A DNA stretch of 64,000 nucleotides, taken from the IMG/VR virus record IMGVR_UViG_3300024239_000014, positions 1 through 64,000 of that record; one strand, 5' to 3'. Made by a program: the position numbers and the translations under genes. Of the stretch, positions 59,998 to 64,000 are shown one piece after another (within the stretch, counting starts at the first letter, position 1; each line of letters starts with the position of its first letter). The notes below the pieces were generated by a model, which saw only the letters and a list, made by a program, of their open reading frames with translations, ran no database searches and had not been told where the DNA came from.

Positions 59998-61245
59998 ATG
60001 ACCATGACGTTCGAACAGGACGTGTTGACCGCCCATGACTTTGTGGTCAATCACACCGAAAACGCTGAGGTGAGCCCCGGTGAAGTCGTCCCCGAATCCA
60101 TTTATCAGGACGACTACGACGACAGCATCCAGAAATTGGCTCTCGTCTTTCCTGACAAGTCCGTTCACAAACAAGTGCGTGAATGGGATCGTGAAGAATT
60201 TGAGAAGTACGACCAAATGGCCCGCAACAACGGCTTTGCCAACAAACACGAACAGTTCGAATACATCAACAGCCATTCGCAACTCAAAGAAGATCTGGTG
60301 GAAGAAACACCAAAGACTGTTGCAGATGCGCAGGCTCAGTTGGTAGGCAGCAAGGTATCGCTGGAAGCCTTCCTGGACGCTCGTGGTTTGCGTGCCAATG
60401 AAGATGGTACCCTTACCCCTATGTTCACGCTGGAATCGCTCCAGCGGCTCTCTATGGAGCTTTCGATTGCGCTGAATACCCGTGAGCTGATGGCAGGTAT
60501 TTCCGGTAAACTCCGCGGCCTCATGAAGGGCTTTAGCGGCTACCTGAAAATGCGTCAATTCACCACGGTCTATAACTTCCAGTACAATCGTATTGAGAAG
60601 GCAGCCACGATTGCTCGCGACACGCCTTACGCTGCTGTGGCTCGCACCAAGCTCAATGCCATGCGCGGTCAGAACGCCAGTTATGTCGATGTGCTCAACG
60701 CGCTCATCCTGGCTCAAGATGCCGCTGAGAAAACCTTTACCGACAGCATCACGTCTCTGAAACGCTGGCTGGGCGGTCTGTCGAGTTCGCACGACTTACG
60801 CCAGTCGATTCGCGATACATCGTCACTGCGTCCCAACCTGGGTACTGGCGACACCAGCATCTATGCTCCTGTGCGTGAAGCGCTGGCACGTTGTATCGTC
60901 AACCGCCCTGAAGTGCAGCACCAGTACAACCTGCTGTTTAAGAACCATACCGAGTGGTTCGATCTGCTCGCTGCAACACCGGCACTGCTGGGTCGTTTGG
61001 AAAGTCATGGTCCTGCGGCCTTTAACCAAGCCATTGAAGGCTGTGTTCATCTGATCGACCATTTGATCTCAATCATTGATCGTCAGCAGGATCAGGCGCT
61101 TTCTCGGGAAGTGGCACAGAAGATCGGCGAAGTTGTTTACGCAGTTGCTCAGGAAGTCGAGTTCTGTGCGGCGTATAACACCCTCGTGATTCAGTTCTGT
61201 AACGGGTTGAGTGAAACGGCCGATCATTTCATCAAAACCCGGTAA
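59998..61245 (+). CDS. virion head protein (gp153-like)
   Basis: SLE/TLE/SME sites after an acidic propeptide; synteny. Confidence 0.65.
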   Translation: MTMTFEQDVLTAHDFVVNHTENAEVSPGEVVPESIYQDDYDDSIQKLALVFPDKSVHKQVREWDREEFEKYDQMARNNGFANKHEQFEYINSHSQLKEDLVEETPKTVADAQAQLVGSKVSLEAFLDARGLRANEDGTLTPMFTLESLQRLSMELSIALNTRELMAGISGKLRGLMKGFSGYLKMRQFTTVYNFQYNRIEKAATIARDTPYAAVARTKLNAMRGQNASYVDVLNALILAQDAAEKTFTDSITSLKRWLGGLSSSHDLRQSIRDTSSLRPNLGTGDTSIYAPVREALARCIVNRPEVQHQYNLLFKNHTEWFDLLAATPALLGRLESHGPAAFNQAIEGCVHLIDHLISIIDRQQDQALSREVAQKIGEVVYAVAQEVEFCAAYNTLVIQFCNGLSETADHFIKTR

Positions 61246-61296
61246 TGCGTGAATAGGCGGGGACCCGGATGGGTCCCCGCTCTATGTTGTCAATGG

Positions 61297-61710
61297 TCAG
61301 CGCGCGAGATTTCGTTCGATGACATTACAGAGAGTATTGAAATCCCTCTGGAAGTCACTTTCTTGTCCGTAGACCATCCAGTCTGGTAGCTTGCTCAAAA
61401 TTTCACGAGCTACTGCTTTGCGTTTGCTGCTTTCATGCGACCTAGCAGCGTCGGCTACCCGTGAAACTAAAGGTTCTTCGTCCTGCCACAGAAGGTTACG
61501 GAAACTGATCGGTACATCCAGACTGCGAGTATCGCTCACCAGACACAAACTTGTGTTGAGGTCGGTCACTTCACTCACTGGACGACGGCTCTGTTCCATA
61601 CACTTTGCAAACAGTGAAGTCATCACGAAAACACGATGTCCCTTTGGCGGTTGGCGTCTGAGAATCCACCTCACCACCGTGGCCAAAAAGCCAGTTTTGT
61701 TGACAGTCAT
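61297..61710 (-). CDS. hypothetical protein, 137 aa
   Basis: ORF downstream of RNase H. Confidence 0.6.
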   Translation of the reverse strand: MTVNKTGFLATVVRWILRRQPPKGHRVFVMTSLFAKCMEQSRRPVSEVTDLNTSLCLVSDTRSLDVPISFRNLLWQDEEPLVSRVADAARSHESSKRKAVAREILSKLPDWMVYGQESDFQRDFNTLCNVIERNLAR

Positions 61711-61763
61711 TTAAGCACCATAGGTAGAGGTTGGGGTGATCGTCACGTAACTACAGACGACCG

Positions 61764-63299
61764 TTATTTACGCAAAATGCGCAGATTGGAGAACACTCCT
61801 GCCCAGATCCCACTGTCATCGCCAACCTCGACGATGACCGCGTATCGGAATCCATGATCGGATTCGCGCCATGTAACCACCTTAATCGCCGGCTTGATTT
61901 CCGACGCAATGGCAGATAGAGCGTTTCTGGTGGGGAGGTCAACACCTACCGCAAGGGTAAGCTTGCAGGTCTCCAGGGAGCCAGTTACGTTATAAAGAAC
62001 GTCCACTTCCAACGACCGAGTGGTCGGTAAGATATCTCCCTTGAGCCGGTATACCGGCTTCTTCTTTGACACGTCTTCTTCATAGACATGGTCACTAATG
62101 TCGGTAACTACCAGCGTATTCATCGCTGTACCGACGTCACCGCGAGCGTATTCGAGATAGGTATCGCGCAGCGCGTTCATTCGCAACTCGGCGTTCCACG
62201 CCATCATGGGCGGATTAACTTGTTCCGTCAGGCTAACACCGCCGACGTATTCCAAGCTTTCCGTTACCCCAGGGCGATGTACATAACGAGATCCATGTTC
62301 ACAAAGATCAGAATAGTTCTTTGCTGACAAGGTCCCCGAGAGGTTGCCAACGAACGGCGAGCCGTAAAGGCCCTTAGCAATCGATTCCTGATACGCTCGA
62401 ATGCAATCCAGTACAGGCTCAGGTTCCTTCAGGAACAAAACAGCGAAGCTGCCGCTAGATTGCACTTTACCGTGGTCTTCATCGTCCTTGCCGTGTTTAC
62501 CGGTATAGTAGATGTGGCGACCATCGGGTGCCAAACGTGCTTGGTTCGACATAGTCGAGAAGTACCAAGCATTCTGGCAAAACAACCGGTTATAATCCGC
62601 CTTGAAGTTCCAGTAACCTTTAGCCGGCTTATACGTTGTGACGGGCTCCAACAAACCCTTACTGGCCAAGATCAACCCACGAGTCGCTTGGTTATCGGCC
62701 GTGTCGTTACCGAGATTGCCCGAATGCCCCATGACCCAATACATCTGAACCGGAACTTTCTTGTCATCGAGTTGTCCGACCAACCCGTAGATCTTTTTCC
62801 AGTATTCGACATTCTGGACCGGGATACCACCACCCTTGCACCAGTTATTCTTCACCCACTTGTGCATGTGGTTCAGCGTACCTTCAAGGACGTACTTGCT
62901 ATCGGCCGCAACGACCACCGAACGCACTTCATTTTCCAGTGCCACTGTCAGGGCTGAAATCATCCCTTCAAGTTCACCGATGTTATTCGTGCCGTTGGGT
63001 ACAGGTACATGGGAGTCTACCATGACCAACGGTTTGACCACCCTGGCACCCATGCTGATTAGTTCAGCCAGATTGTTTTCATCCACATAGCCGTGGGTGG
63101 TCGGCGTTTCTTTCTTGGCGGGTGGTTCTTTGACCAACACTTCCAATTCTTCGCCTGGACTTGTTGCGTAAATATACGCATGCAGACCACCGCCTGCCAT
63201 CGGCGGTGTCCACCGGCACCCGCCATCAGAATACGCCACCAAATGGAGCGTCTTCCCTGCTTCGAGTGCTTTTGTCAATTCGCTCATGTAAAGCTCCAC
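61764..63299 (-). CDS. ribonuclease H (gp155-like)
   Basis: YSDGG, TNNIGEL, DSKYV, WVMGHSG..GN..AD motifs. Confidence 0.9.
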   Translation of the reverse strand: MELYMSELTKALEAGKTLHLVAYSDGGCRWTPPMAGGGLHAYIYATSPGEELEVLVKEPPAKKETPTTHGYVDENNLAELISMGARVVKPLVMVDSHVPVPNGTNNIGELEGMISALTVALENEVRSVVVAADSKYVLEGTLNHMHKWVKNNWCKGGGIPVQNVEYWKKIYGLVGQLDDKKVPVQMYWVMGHSGNLGNDTADNQATRGLILASKGLLEPVTTYKPAKGYWNFKADYNRLFCQNAWYFSTMSNQARLAPDGRHIYYTGKHGKDDEDHGKVQSSGSFAVLFLKEPEPVLDCIRAYQESIAKGLYGSPFVGNLSGTLSAKNYSDLCEHGSRYVHRPGVTESLEYVGGVSLTEQVNPPMMAWNAELRMNALRDTYLEYARGDVGTAMNTLVVTDISDHVYEEDVSKKKPVYRLKGDILPTTRSLEVDVLYNVTGSLETCKLTLAVGVDLPTRNALSAIASEIKPAIKVVTWRESDHGFRYAVIVEVGDDSGIWAGVFSNLRILRK

Positions 63300-63335
63300 T
63301 GATTACGCCTACAGATTATCCGTCGACGTAAAGAC

Positions 63336-63818
63336 TTACCGGACACAAGTTTTCAACCAATCTTGATACGCCTTTGCCAGCGCAGCGTCGTAATCAATAA
63401 TGTGTTTCTTCAAGTCCAGTATGTAGTACTTCATGGCCAGGATAACTTCACGATCATCGCGAATATCTGACACCTTACCAATCACAGGCATCTGTGGCCG
63501 CTGTGGTGGTGTAAATTCCTTTGTACAGCTCATGCCGGCAGCTTGGGGTGGGGTGACAACCTTAGGAGTCGGCAAAGGTTCTATGGCCACGCGGTGGCGT
63601 TTCAGGTAATCGATGTAAGCATCCAGCTCAGCGACGTAAGCGGCGCTTTCATCGTGGTAATAAGTACCTTCAGGCAAACCTTCATTGGAAACTGGGACTG
63701 GGGGTGATAACAATTCGGCAGGATAAGCCGTATCAACTTGGCGATAATCAACGTGACTCTGAGGAGACAGTGTACAACCGGAGAGAAGAGCGATCGCAGC
63801 AAGAATAACAGCTTTCAT
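63336..63818 (-). CDS. outer-membrane lipoprotein, probable o-spanin
   Basis: Lipobox LSGC; Pro-rich; overlaps the upstream coiled-coil gene. Confidence 0.6.
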   Translation of the reverse strand: MKAVILAAIALLSGCTLSPQSHVDYRQVDTAYPAELLSPPVPVSNEGLPEGTYYHDESAAYVAELDAYIDYLKRHRVAIEPLPTPKVVTPPQAAGMSCTKEFTPPQRPQMPVIGKVSDIRDDREVILAMKYYILDLKKHIIDYDAALAKAYQDWLKTCVR

Positions 63819-64000
63819 TTGGCACCTTCGGTCAATTCGTTGTACACGTCCGCACCGACCCCTTTCTTCTTAGGCGTCGAAGGAGTGGTTGTTGTGCAGA
63901 GCTTGCGCTTACGGAGTTCTGCTTCCATGCGAGCATTATCGCTCACCAGGATTGACAGATCCTGATTCATTTTGGCGTTTTCCAAAAGCGCCGTGCTCAA
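63815..64000 (-). CDS. 3' end of a probable i-spanin (truncated by the window edge)
   Basis: Coiled-coil C-terminus overlapping the lipoprotein start. Confidence 0.4.
   Translation of the reverse strand: MSTALLENAKMNQDLSILVSDNARMEAELRKRKLCTTTTPSTPKKKGVGADVYNELTEGAK

Noticed and set aside
1-64000. CRISPR array, tRNA or rRNA genes
   Set aside because: No regularly spaced direct repeats or cloverleaf seen by eye; a tRNAscan run would be needed to exclude tRNAs fully.
1-64000. Stop-codon recoding as an explanation for long gene overlaps
   Set aside because: TAA, TGA and TAG all end plausible genes, and conserved genes are intact under the standard code.

Overview
A 64-kb segment of a phiKZ-like jumbo myovirus (Chimalliviridae-type, probably nucleus-forming). 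Recognisable core genes are: PhuZ tubulin; large terminase; the phiKZ gp26-28-like structural genes; tail sheath and tube; prohead protease; three virion RNA polymerase subunit genes; a giant gp181-like tail protein with a lytic transglycosylase domain; UvsX/RecA; RNase H; and a probable spanin pair. Clusters of small accessory genes lie between them. The virion RNAP beta gene is split by a 342-nt ORF-less group I intron (37989-38330, minus strand) whose removal restores the HDD-x-x-RAL motif. The most unusual signals are non-coding: (i) a stand-alone ~265-nt structured RNA candidate near phuZ, with its own TATG start motif and terminator; (ii) a ~360-nt structured leader before the tail sheath gene; (iii) a ~480-nt palindrome-dense, AT-cored intergenic element; (iv) a repeated hairpin+TATGCCG end-of-gene motif. 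Notable accessory proteins include an ART-like probable virion protein, a NADAR-like protein, a ligase-fold protein lacking its catalytic lysine, and several local paralog sets. phiKZ gp numbers come from recalled gene order and motifs, not from database searches.
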